Shown: positions 7,712 to 14,810 of the stretch, one piece after another
How the letters are laid out: each line of letters begins with the position of its first letter
Position numbering within the stretch: the stretch's first letter is position 1
From: Acidimicrobiales bacterium
GTDB taxonomy: Bacteria; Actinomycetota; Acidimicrobiia; Acidimicrobiales; AC-14
Assembly: GCA_052390275.1 (NCBI GenBank)
Contig: JBQTHD010000019.1
Location: 36 to 24,035 of the forward strand
Reading direction: 5' to 3'
Length of the DNA: 24,000 bases
Made by a program: the position numbers and the translations under genes
Notes under the pieces: generated by a model
Seen by the model: the letters and a program-made list of their open reading frames with translations, nothing else
What the model was told of the DNA's origin: nothing
The model's database searches: none

Positions 7712-8604
7712 TGAGCACCCCTTCCGGCCGGGCAGGCCAACCTTTACCGGAGTTGGCCCGACGCCTCGCCGCGGCTTCGGTCCGCAGCCGCAGGGATCCC
7801 GAGACCGCCATCGACTGGCCGGCCTCGATCGATCCCGCCGCCTGGTTCATGCGCCCGGAGTGGGTCTCGGCCTACGACACCCCGTGGTGGGAGGCCCTCG
7901 ACACCCCGTCCCGCCAGCGCCTCAGCTTCTACGAGGCCGTCAACTTCTTCAGCCTCAACATTCACGGCGAGCGCCAACTCATGGCCGGCCTGGCACGGCG
8001 TCTGTATGCGCCGGGCCTGGAGGGGGTGAGCCCGTACATCCATCACTTCCTGGCCGAGGAGAACAACCACAGCCTGTGGTTCGCCACCTTCTGCACCCGT
8101 TACGCCGGCGCCATCTATCCCGACCGCGCTGTCACCTTTCCCAGCCATGCGGCTCCCGGTCAGGACGACGTTTGCTTCTTCGCCCGCGTGGTGATCTTCG
8201 AGGAGATCGTCGACCGCTACAACCAGGCCATGGCCGCGGACGACCGGGTAGAACCGGTGGCCCGCCAGATCAACGCCAACCACCATGCCGAAGAGATCCG
8301 CCACCTCGCCTTCGGGCGCCGCCTGGCACTCGAGTTGTGGGCGCAGTGGGCGCCGACCTGGAGTGACGAGGTCCGCGCTGAGGTGAGGACGCACCTCGAC
8401 GGCTTTGTCGAGGACACCTGGCGATCGTTCTACCGGGCCGAGGCCTACCGGGATGCCGGCTTGGCCGAGCCATGGGCCCTTGCACGGCGGATCTGGTCAT
8501 CCCCGGCCGCTGTGGCCCATCGGGAACGGGTGAGCGCCGAAGCCCTGGCTCCGCTGGTATCGGCCGGAGTCCTGACCCTGCCCGGACCCCCGGCCCCAGG
8601 CTGA
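7711..8604 (+). CDS. AurF-type di-iron carboxylate oxygenase
   Basis: Four-helix di-iron ligand pattern: NIHGERQ (E), LAEENNHSLWF (ExxH), VIFEEIVDRY (E), HHAEEIRHLAFG (H-x3-E-x2-H, the extra His typical of AurF/CmlI-type N-oxygenases). TGATG overlaps at both ends. Confidence 0.65.
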   Translation: MSTPSGRAGQPLPELARRLAAASVRSRRDPETAIDWPASIDPAAWFMRPEWVSAYDTPWWEALDTPSRQRLSFYEAVNFFSLNIHGERQLMAGLARRLYAPGLEGVSPYIHHFLAEENNHSLWFATFCTRYAGAIYPDRAVTFPSHAAPGQDDVCFFARVVIFEEIVDRYNQAMAADDRVEPVARQINANHHAEEIRHLAFGRRLALELWAQWAPTWSDEVRAEVRTHLDGFVEDTWRSFYRAEAYRDAGLAEPWALARRIWSSPAAVAHRERVSAEALAPLVSAGVLTLPGPPAPG

Positions 8605-8873
8605 TGACCTCGGCCGCATCCGCCGAAACCATCCGCCAGGCCCTGATCGGATGGCTGGTCAAACACAACCCGGGCCTTGAACCGGCCGGGGTGTCCGATG
8701 ACTCCCGCCTGATCGAGAACCGCTGGCTCACGTCGGTTCAGATCCTGGACCTCCTCGGCCTGCTGGAGGAGTTGCGCGAGGAGGCCATCCCACTCGACGC
8801 GCTGCGCCCCGGGTCCTTCGCCACCATCGGAGTGATCATCGACACCTTCTTCGGACCCGCGGCTCGATCATGA
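8604..8873 (+). CDS. carrier protein 1 (ACP/PCP-like, 89 aa)
   Basis: Size and helix pattern of a carrier protein. Candidate phosphopantetheine Ser in RWLTSVQILDLLGLLEE. The start ATG at 8604 overlaps the upstream stop, and its own stop overlaps the next start (ATGA 8870-8873). Confidence 0.65.
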   Translation: MTSAASAETIRQALIGWLVKHNPGLEPAGVSDDSRLIENRWLTSVQILDLLGLLEELREEAIPLDALRPGSFATIGVIIDTFFGPAARS

Positions 8874-9751
8874 ACCTGCCGGCCGGTCAACCCGGGACAC
8901 CCGACCCCCTGGTGGCAGCCGGGCCGGGGGGGGTGGCCGTCTTGACCCCGGACCTGGTGGCATTCCTCGATGGCCTCGATGCCCACCTGGTGGCACTGGC
9001 TCGCCGATGGTGGGCGGAGGAGTTCCGGTTCGGGCCGTTGCTGGCGGCCGACGTGGTGGATCGCATGGACTGGCTGACCGGGTTTCCCCAGTTGGCCACC
9101 TTCCCCGCCACCCTCGACGCCGCACCCGACAACCTCGACGCCTTCTGCGCCGGGCCGCCCCGATCCGACGACGGGACCATCCGACTCACCTCCCTCGCCC
9201 CATTGGCCCAGGTCCTGGCCCCGGCTGCCTGCTATCACCTTTACGACCACCTTGCCGGCGGAAACTTCGACACCCCGCAATGGTTCACCGTTCGGGCGCC
9301 CTGCTTTCGGCGGGAGGAGGACTATGTGCCCCTGGAGCGCCAGTGGGCCTTCAACATGCGCGAGATCGTGTGCGTCGGTCCGCCCGGGCCAACTTCGGAC
9401 TTCGTTGACGAGGCCACCCTGATGATCTCCGACCTGGCCCGCCATCTCGGACTCGACGTCGACTGGAACCGGGCGACTGACCCGTTCTTTAGACCCACCC
9501 GTCACCCGGGTTACCTGCTGCAGTTGGTGGACCCCACCAAACACGAGTTGCTGTTTCAGAACCGTCTGGCCCTGGCCTCGACCAACCTGCACCACGACCA
9601 CTTCGGACGGGCCTTCGCTCTGACCTCCGACGGAAAGCCGGCCCGAACAGCCTGCGTGGCCTTCGGCCTGGAAAGGTGGGCGGCGGCCATGATGGCCACC
9701 CACGGCTCTCCGGATCGTTGGCCGGTGCCGCCGGCCGCCGCCGGTCCGTGA
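8870..9751 (+). CDS. truncated class II aminoacyl-tRNA-synthetase-like protein; probable amino acid:[carrier protein] ligase
   Basis: 293 aa, catalytic-core size only. SerRS-like motif 2 RAPCFRREE...RQWAFNMREIVCVG, and motif 3-like TACVAFGLERWAAAM. Cys/Glu/Cys (AACYH, REIVC, TACVAF) sit where a Zn site would lie in methanogen-type SerRS homologs. No tRNA-binding arm. Coupled to an upstream carrier protein. Confidence 0.6.
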   Translation: MNLPAGQPGTPDPLVAAGPGGVAVLTPDLVAFLDGLDAHLVALARRWWAEEFRFGPLLAADVVDRMDWLTGFPQLATFPATLDAAPDNLDAFCAGPPRSDDGTIRLTSLAPLAQVLAPAACYHLYDHLAGGNFDTPQWFTVRAPCFRREEDYVPLERQWAFNMREIVCVGPPGPTSDFVDEATLMISDLARHLGLDVDWNRATDPFFRPTRHPGYLLQLVDPTKHELLFQNRLALASTNLHHDHFGRAFALTSDGKPARTACVAFGLERWAAAMMATHGSPDRWPVPPAAAGP

Positions 9752-10941
9752 CTTATCGCGTACGCCCGGACCCCGACAGCGTCCGCTCCGGATCAAGGGA
9801 CCGCAAGGTTGACCCCGACCCGCTCGGCGGTGCCGGAGCGGAGACCGACGCTCGGCTGGCTGGGCATCGCGAGCCCTGGGACGATCGGGTCGTACTGGTG
9901 ACGGGGGCATCGGGATACCTGGGCGCGCTGGTGGCAGCCAGGTACCGGGCCGCGGGGGCGACCGTCATCGCCCATGGCCGGCGGCCGGTGCCGATACCAC
10001 AGGGTTCGGGGCAATGGGTGTCCGTGGTGGGAGACCTGACCAGCGACGACGCTTTCGCCGGACTCAAGCCATCCTGGCGGCGCCAGATCACCGCCGTAGT
10101 CCACGCAGCAGCCCTGACCCGCTTCGACGCCACCGCCGAGGAGGCCGACGCCGTCAACGTCGAAGGGACGCGCCGAGTGTTGGACCTGGCCTTGGCGTGT
10201 GAGAACCTGACCGCCTTCGGGCACTTGAGCACCGTGTACGCCTCGGGGCTGCAGGGCGGCACCATCGCCGAGGAACTGAGGCCGGCTACCGCCGGGTTCG
10301 CCAACCACTACGAGCGGTCCAAGTCCGAGTCCGAGCATCTGGTGGCTCTGGCCGGCCCGCCGAGGTGGCGCATCCTGCGGGCCGCCACCGTTATCGCCGA
10401 CGGCGAGGACGGAACCGTCAGCCAGTACAACGCTTTCCACGAGACCCTCAAACTGTGGTTCGGCGGACTGCTCCCGCTCATCCCCGGCCGGGCGGCCAGC
10501 CCGCTCTACCTGACCACCGGCAACTTCACGGCGGAAGCCATAGTCGCCCTGATGGATCATCCGGCGGCCGGCGGGCAGGTGTATCACCTGACCCCCACCA
10601 CCTCGGCCTGCCTCACGCTGGCCCAGGCCGTCGCCCTGGTGTCGGGGACCTTCGGAGAGAGCGCCGGATACCGAAGGCGGGGAGTCCTGACCCCGCCGCT
10701 GGTGGATTGGGCGAGCTTCGAACTCCTCGGCGCCGGGGTGGAGGCCTTCGGCGGGGCCCTGGTCCGGCGGTCCCTGGCCGCCCTCACGCCCTTCGCCCGC
10801 CAACTGGGAGTGGAGAAGGACCTTGTCAACCAGGCCTTTTGCGCGCTGCACCCGCGACAGCATCCGGACCTCGGCCCCCTGGTCGTGGCGGTGTGCCGTC
10901 ATCTGATGGCAACGTCGTGGGGACGCCGTGAGGCCGGATGA
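9748..10941 (+). CDS. thioester-reductase-type SDR (NAD(P)H-dependent, terminal-reductase-like)
   Basis: VLVTGASGYLG Rossmann motif, VVHAAALTRFD, NVEGTRRVLDLA, LSTVYASG, YERSKSESE (YxxxK). I place the start at the GTG at 9748 overlapping the upstream stop (GTGA). The track start at 9676 would overlap the previous gene by 76 nt. Confidence 0.7.
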   Translation: MTYRVRPDPDSVRSGSRDRKVDPDPLGGAGAETDARLAGHREPWDDRVVLVTGASGYLGALVAARYRAAGATVIAHGRRPVPIPQGSGQWVSVVGDLTSDDAFAGLKPSWRRQITAVVHAAALTRFDATAEEADAVNVEGTRRVLDLALACENLTAFGHLSTVYASGLQGGTIAEELRPATAGFANHYERSKSESEHLVALAGPPRWRILRAATVIADGEDGTVSQYNAFHETLKLWFGGLLPLIPGRAASPLYLTTGNFTAEAIVALMDHPAAGGQVYHLTPTTSACLTLAQAVALVSGTFGESAGYRRRGVLTPPLVDWASFELLGAGVEAFGGALVRRSLAALTPFARQLGVEKDLVNQAFCALHPRQHPDLGPLVVAVCRHLMATSWGRREAG

Positions 10942-11641
10942 ACTCATCGAGGTGGCCGAGTGGGCGTCGGCCGCCCTGGGGTGGGAGGTCCGTCTGGCCA
11001 TGACCACAGACGGCCTGGCCCCCGGGAACATGACGGCGGGGGAGCGGCGGCAGTTTCAGGTATTCGACTCCCCGCAGCGCCGGGCGGACTGGTCCCGGGG
11101 CAGGGCTGCGCTGAAGAACCTTCTGGGCGGGGCCGATACCTCGACGGTGACCTTCCCCCACCCCTGGCTGTCGATCTCGCACTCCGGGTCGGTGGCCGTG
11201 GCCGCCGCTCTTCCCGGGCTGGGGGACGCCGCCTGCGGGCCTGGACTGGGAGTGGACTATGAGGCTTCGCGCTCCGTCGACGACCGGGCGATCCGGTTCT
11301 TCCTCCACCCCCATGAGGTTCCGGAGGCGGGTGCGAGCCGTTCCCCCGGCGGCGATGCCACGTTCCGTCCACTCGGATTCCCGGGGGCCGGTTGCCCGCC
11401 GAGGTCGACCGACCCGCCGGCGGGGTGCCTGCTGGCCGCATGGACTGCCAAAGAGGCTCTCTTCAAAGCGTCCGGTCCCGCCAACCAGGGACGGACTCTC
11501 CTCGATGTCCACCTCACCGGCCCGGCTGCGCCCATGGGGCGGGCGATCGGGCCTGCCGGCTCGGATATGGCCTACGTGAGCGCCGTGGTGTCTTCCGGAT
11601 GCCTGTCGGTGGCCGTGGGCCGGAACCGGCCGGTCCGGTGA
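10928..11641 (+). CDS. Sfp-type 4'-phosphopantetheinyl transferase
   Basis: LSISHSGSVAVAA, GVDYE and AWTAKEALFKA motifs. The GTG start overlaps the upstream gene by 14 nt, and internal starts are possible. Confidence 0.8.
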   Translation: MRPDELIEVAEWASAALGWEVRLAMTTDGLAPGNMTAGERRQFQVFDSPQRRADWSRGRAALKNLLGGADTSTVTFPHPWLSISHSGSVAVAAALPGLGDAACGPGLGVDYEASRSVDDRAIRFFLHPHEVPEAGASRSPGGDATFRPLGFPGAGCPPRSTDPPAGCLLAAWTAKEALFKASGPANQGRTLLDVHLTGPAAPMGRAIGPAGSDMAYVSAVVSSGCLSVAVGRNRPVR

Positions 11642-12378
11642 AGCGGGGCAGCACAGAACGGGCGGCCGGGCCGGTCGGCGACGACGAACACTGGCTGCTC
11701 AGCTACTACCGGACGTCGGAGATCAACGGGTCCCTGTTCTTCGGCCGGCTGGCCCGCAGCATGCGCCCGGGTCCCATCCAGCACGACCTGACCCGGCACT
11801 TTGCCGATGAGGCCCAACACGCCTGGTACTGGACAGACTGCCTTGCAAAGCTGGATCTTCGACCCATCAAGCTCTCCGACGCCTACCAGGACCAGTACCT
11901 GGAGGCGGCCGGCCTACCCATGAACCTGATGGAGGTTCTGGCCATCACCCTGGTCTTCGAGCGACGGGTGGTGAACCAGTACACCCGTCACCTGGCCGCA
12001 CCCACCATCCGCCCCGAGGTGGCCACCACCATTGCCACCATCATGGCCGACGAGCGCTGGCACGTCCGCTGGGTCCGAGACGCCCTGGAACGGATGGAGG
12101 AGCGCTACGGCGCCTCCACGGTGGCCGAGACCCTCCATCGCTACAAGGAGGCCGACCGGGAGGTCTACGCCCACACCCTGGCCGAGCACGAGGCCCGACT
12201 GGCCTTCCTGTTCGAGCGTCAAAAAGGGGTTCCGTCGCCGGTTCAGCCGGCCGAGATGAGGATCGAGGATCGGGTCGGGACCATGGGCGACATCGATCCA
12301 CATCGGTCAGGGCAACCCGACCCGCCAAGCGCGCAGTCAACCAGCCCGCGATCACTACGCAACGAGGAGCGGACATGA
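11638..12378 (+). CDS. ferritin-like di-iron carboxylate protein (246 aa), unrelated in sequence to 7711-8604
   Basis: E / ExxH / E / ExxH pattern: SEINGSLFF, ADEAQHAWYW, LVFERRVV, MADERWHVRW. I place the start at the GTG at 11638 (GTGA overlap with the PPTase stop). The upstream part of the track ORF (11392-) lies inside the PPTase gene. Confidence 0.7.
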   Translation: MKRGSTERAAGPVGDDEHWLLSYYRTSEINGSLFFGRLARSMRPGPIQHDLTRHFADEAQHAWYWTDCLAKLDLRPIKLSDAYQDQYLEAAGLPMNLMEVLAITLVFERRVVNQYTRHLAAPTIRPEVATTIATIMADERWHVRWVRDALERMEERYGASTVAETLHRYKEADREVYAHTLAEHEARLAFLFERQKGVPSPVQPAEMRIEDRVGTMGDIDPHRSGQPDPPSAQSTSPRSLRNEERT

Positions 12379-12611
12379 ACCCCACCCCCGAGGACGTCCG
12401 GCGGCACATGGCCAAACTCCTTGAGCGGCCCGAGGCCAAGGTGGCCACAGCCGCCGTCCTGACCGACCTGGTAGCCGACAGCTTCCGCTTGGTGGAACTG
12501 GCCATCGAACTCCAGGACGACTTCGACGTGGTCCTGACCCAGGCCGATCTCTCCGTGATCAACACCGTGGGCGACCTGGCCCAGTTGGTGGCCTCTAGGG
12601 CGCGGGGCTAG
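12375..12611 (+). CDS. carrier protein 2 (ACP, 78 aa)
   Basis: LTDLVADSFRLVELAIELQDDFDV, a classic DS(F/L) phosphopantetheine site followed by an acidic helix. ATGA overlap at 12375-12378, with GAGGAG at 12364-12369. Confidence 0.8.
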   Translation: MNPTPEDVRRHMAKLLERPEAKVATAAVLTDLVADSFRLVELAIELQDDFDVVLTQADLSVINTVGDLAQLVASRARG

Positions 12612-13008
12612 ATGCCGGGGTGGAGAGCGAGCGCAGTTGGCCCATGAGGCCGACCACCAGGTCCCGCATGGAGAAGACGCCCAGCAGGTCACCGTCGTCG
12701 TCCACGACGACCAGGTGACGGAAGCCCTTCTCCCGCATGGTCCGGGCCGCCTCGAGCATGTCGGTCTCGGGCTCCGCAGTCATCAGACGGCCGGAGACGA
12801 AGTCGGCCACCGTCAGGCCTTCGTAGCCGCCCTCCCGGGCCACCGCACGCAGGGCGTCCCTGTCGGTGATAAGGCCGGTGGGTCGGCCGTTGGTGACCAC
12901 CACCGCCGAGCCCACACCCCTTTCCACCATCAACACCGCCGCCTCGACGAAGGACTCCGTGGCCTCGACTGTGAGTACCGCCCGGCTCATCAGCGAACCG
13001 ATCTCCAT
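12595..13008 (-). CDS. CBS-pair domain protein
   Basis: Two CBS-like units (SLMSRAVLTVEATESFVEAAVLMVERGVGSAVVV... and RLMTAEPETDMLEAARTMREKGFRHLVVVDDDGDLLGVFSMRDL). I place the start at the ATG at 13008, which has GAGGAG upstream. It overlaps the end of carrier protein 2 by 17 nt in convergent orientation. Confidence 0.85.
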   Translation of the reverse strand: MEIGSLMSRAVLTVEATESFVEAAVLMVERGVGSAVVVTNGRPTGLITDRDALRAVAREGGYEGLTVADFVSGRLMTAEPETDMLEAARTMREKGFRHLVVVDDDGDLLGVFSMRDLVVGLMGQLRSLSTPASSPAP

Positions 13009-13025
13009 GGGTCTCCTCTGTGCTT

Positions 13026-13080
13026 GATCGTCCCGACTTGATCGTCCCGGTTTGACCGTCCCGGTTTGACCGTCCCGTGG
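13026..13080. repeat. non-coding tandem repeat, 14 bp x 4
   Basis: GATCGTCCCGACTT / GATCGTCCCGGTTT / GACCGTCCCGGTTT / GACCGTCCCGTGG, 18-72 nt upstream of the CBS gene start. The period is not a multiple of 3. Confidence 0.9.
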
Positions 13081-13272
13081 ATGGGCCGGCAAATGGGGTG
13101 GAAAACGGCATCCGCAAGGACCGGCTGACCCTACCAAAGGGCCTGGTTGAGAGCCCGGTGAGTGTCGCCTCCCCTTTCAACGGGGCTGCCCCCCCGCTGG
13201 CACCGGGCAACGAGAAGGGGGCGGAGCGGACCTTCCTGGCGGGTGCTGGGCCTACGGGGCCGGGCGCAGAAG

Positions 13273-13290
13273 TTGTGAACGTGAACACAA
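13273..13290. promoter_or_regulatory. imperfect Rex-type operator upstream of the NuoF-like gene
   Basis: TTGTGAA-CGTG-AACACAA versus the Rex consensus TTGTGAA-N4-TTCACAA: the left half is perfect and the right half matches 5/7. It lies in an AT-richer patch 27 nt upstream of the ATG. TAGTTT (13305-13310, TANNNT) sits 6 nt before the ATG with no SD, which suggests a leaderless transcript. Confidence 0.4.
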
Positions 13291-13316
13291 TCACCAGCCA
13301 GGACTAGTTTGCTTCC

Positions 13317-14729
13317 ATGCCATTGGTCCACCGGGTCCTGTATCCCCGGGCCATCGTGTCCCTGGAGGACCATGTGGGCCGGGGTGGAGGCAAAGGCCTG
13401 GCCGCCGCCCGGGACATGACGCCCGATCAGATCATCGAGGCGGTGTTGGCCTCGGGCCTGCGAGGCCGAGGGGGAGCGGGCTTTCCCACCGGCCGCAAGT
13501 GGCGCACGGTGGCCGACAACGCGGCCGGGGTCGGCCCCCCGACGGTGGTTGTCAACGCAGCGGAGGGAGAGCCGGGAACCCTCAAGGACCGCACCATCCT
13601 GCGCCGCAACCCCTTTGGAGTGGTGGAGGGCGCGTTGGTGGCAGCCCGGGCCACCGGGGCTGACCTGATCGTCTTCGCCACCAAGGAGGCGTTCTCCGGC
13701 GAGGTCGACCGGCTTCGGGAGGCGGTGGAACAGGCCGAGGACGCCGGTTGGTCCGAAGGCGTGGCCATGACCGTCTTTGAGGGCCCCGACGAGTACCTCT
13801 ACGGCGAGGAGAGCGCGCTGCTGGAAACCATCAGCGGACGCTGGCCCTTCCCCCGGGTGGTGCCGACCTTTCGCCGGGGGGTCACCGGGGGCGAGGGTCC
13901 CACCCCGCCGGCGCTGGTCAACAACACCGAGACCCTGGCCAACGTTGCCCGGATCGTGGCCCGAGGATCGGCCTGGTTCCGCACCATGGGTACCGAGGAG
14001 TCCCCGGGCACCGCCGTCTGCACCGTCACCGGCGACACCCACCATCACGGCGTCGGCGAGGTCCAGATGGGCACACCCTTGGGGGAGGTGATCGAGTTGA
14101 TCGGCGGCGGGCCCAGGGAGGGTCGCAAGATCAAGGCGGTCATGTCCGGGGTGGCCAACGCCATCATGGGCCCCGAAGCCCTCGACGCCCCGGTCAGCTA
14201 CGAGGGGTTGCGGGGCGCGGGCAGCGGCATCGGGTCCGCCGGGTTCATCGTCTTCGACGAAACAGCCGACATGGTGGCGGTCGCGGCGGGGGTATCGAGG
14301 TTCTTGGCGGTGGAGTCCTGCGGCCAGTGCGCGCCCTGCAAGATCGACGGGGCCAGCCTGGCCCAGACGCTGTTGAAGATTGCGGCGTCGCAGGCCATCG
14401 ACCACGACCGCCAGTTGCTCGACCGCAAACTCTCCACGGTGGCCGACCGGGCCCGCTGCTTCTTGGCCACCCAGCAGCAGGTGATGATCACCAGCATCCT
14501 GTCCAGGTTCCCCGAAGAGTTCGAGGGCCGAATGGACCGCAGCCGCGAACCGGTGTCCTCCGCCCTGATCTCTGAACTGATCGACATCCGCAACGGCAAA
14601 GCCGTTCTCGACGAACGCCATCGCCGCAAGCAGCCCGACTGGACCTACAACAAGCGGGACTCGGGCACCGTCCCGGTTGAGCGCTACGCCAGCCTTACCC
14701 CCCCCTGGGGCCTCGGCGCCCTCGCCTGA
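13317..14729 (+). CDS. stand-alone NuoF-like NADH-binding FMN/4Fe-4S flavoprotein
   Basis: GLRGRGGAGFPTGRKW, NAAEGEPGT, the cluster motif ESCGQCAPCKIDG, and a later C in RARCFL. No nuoE/nuoG neighbours are present. Confidence 0.85.
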   Translation: MPLVHRVLYPRAIVSLEDHVGRGGGKGLAAARDMTPDQIIEAVLASGLRGRGGAGFPTGRKWRTVADNAAGVGPPTVVVNAAEGEPGTLKDRTILRRNPFGVVEGALVAARATGADLIVFATKEAFSGEVDRLREAVEQAEDAGWSEGVAMTVFEGPDEYLYGEESALLETISGRWPFPRVVPTFRRGVTGGEGPTPPALVNNTETLANVARIVARGSAWFRTMGTEESPGTAVCTVTGDTHHHGVGEVQMGTPLGEVIELIGGGPREGRKIKAVMSGVANAIMGPEALDAPVSYEGLRGAGSGIGSAGFIVFDETADMVAVAAGVSRFLAVESCGQCAPCKIDGASLAQTLLKIAASQAIDHDRQLLDRKLSTVADRARCFLATQQQVMITSILSRFPEEFEGRMDRSREPVSSALISELIDIRNGKAVLDERHRRKQPDWTYNKRDSGTVPVERYASLTPPWGLGALA

Positions 14730-14810
14730 CCCTTCGTGGCGCACAGCCGAACGATCAGCCGTAGGCCGGGTCGGCTTCTGCCTCTTTGAACCCCGGACGG
14801 GGTCGACCCG

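Noticed and set aside
9676-9747. Upstream extensions of track ORFs (9676, 11392, 17616, 22105, 13137, 16446, 1805)
   Set aside because: Each extension lies inside or antisense to a neighbouring motif-supported gene and is Arg/Pro-rich. Internal ATG/GTG starts that abut or overlap the upstream stop codon, or that follow an SD, give proteins with normal N-termini.
8738-11031. Long minus-strand ORFs (8738..9910, 390 aa; 9793..11031, 412 aa)
   Set aside because: They are antisense to the aaRS-like, reductase and PPTase genes, which carry recognisable motifs. The translations are Gly/Arg/Pro-rich without motifs.
13131-14744. 537-aa minus-strand ORF
   Set aside because: It is antisense to the NuoF-like gene, whose GRGGAGFPTG and CGQCAPC motifs unambiguously fix the coding strand.
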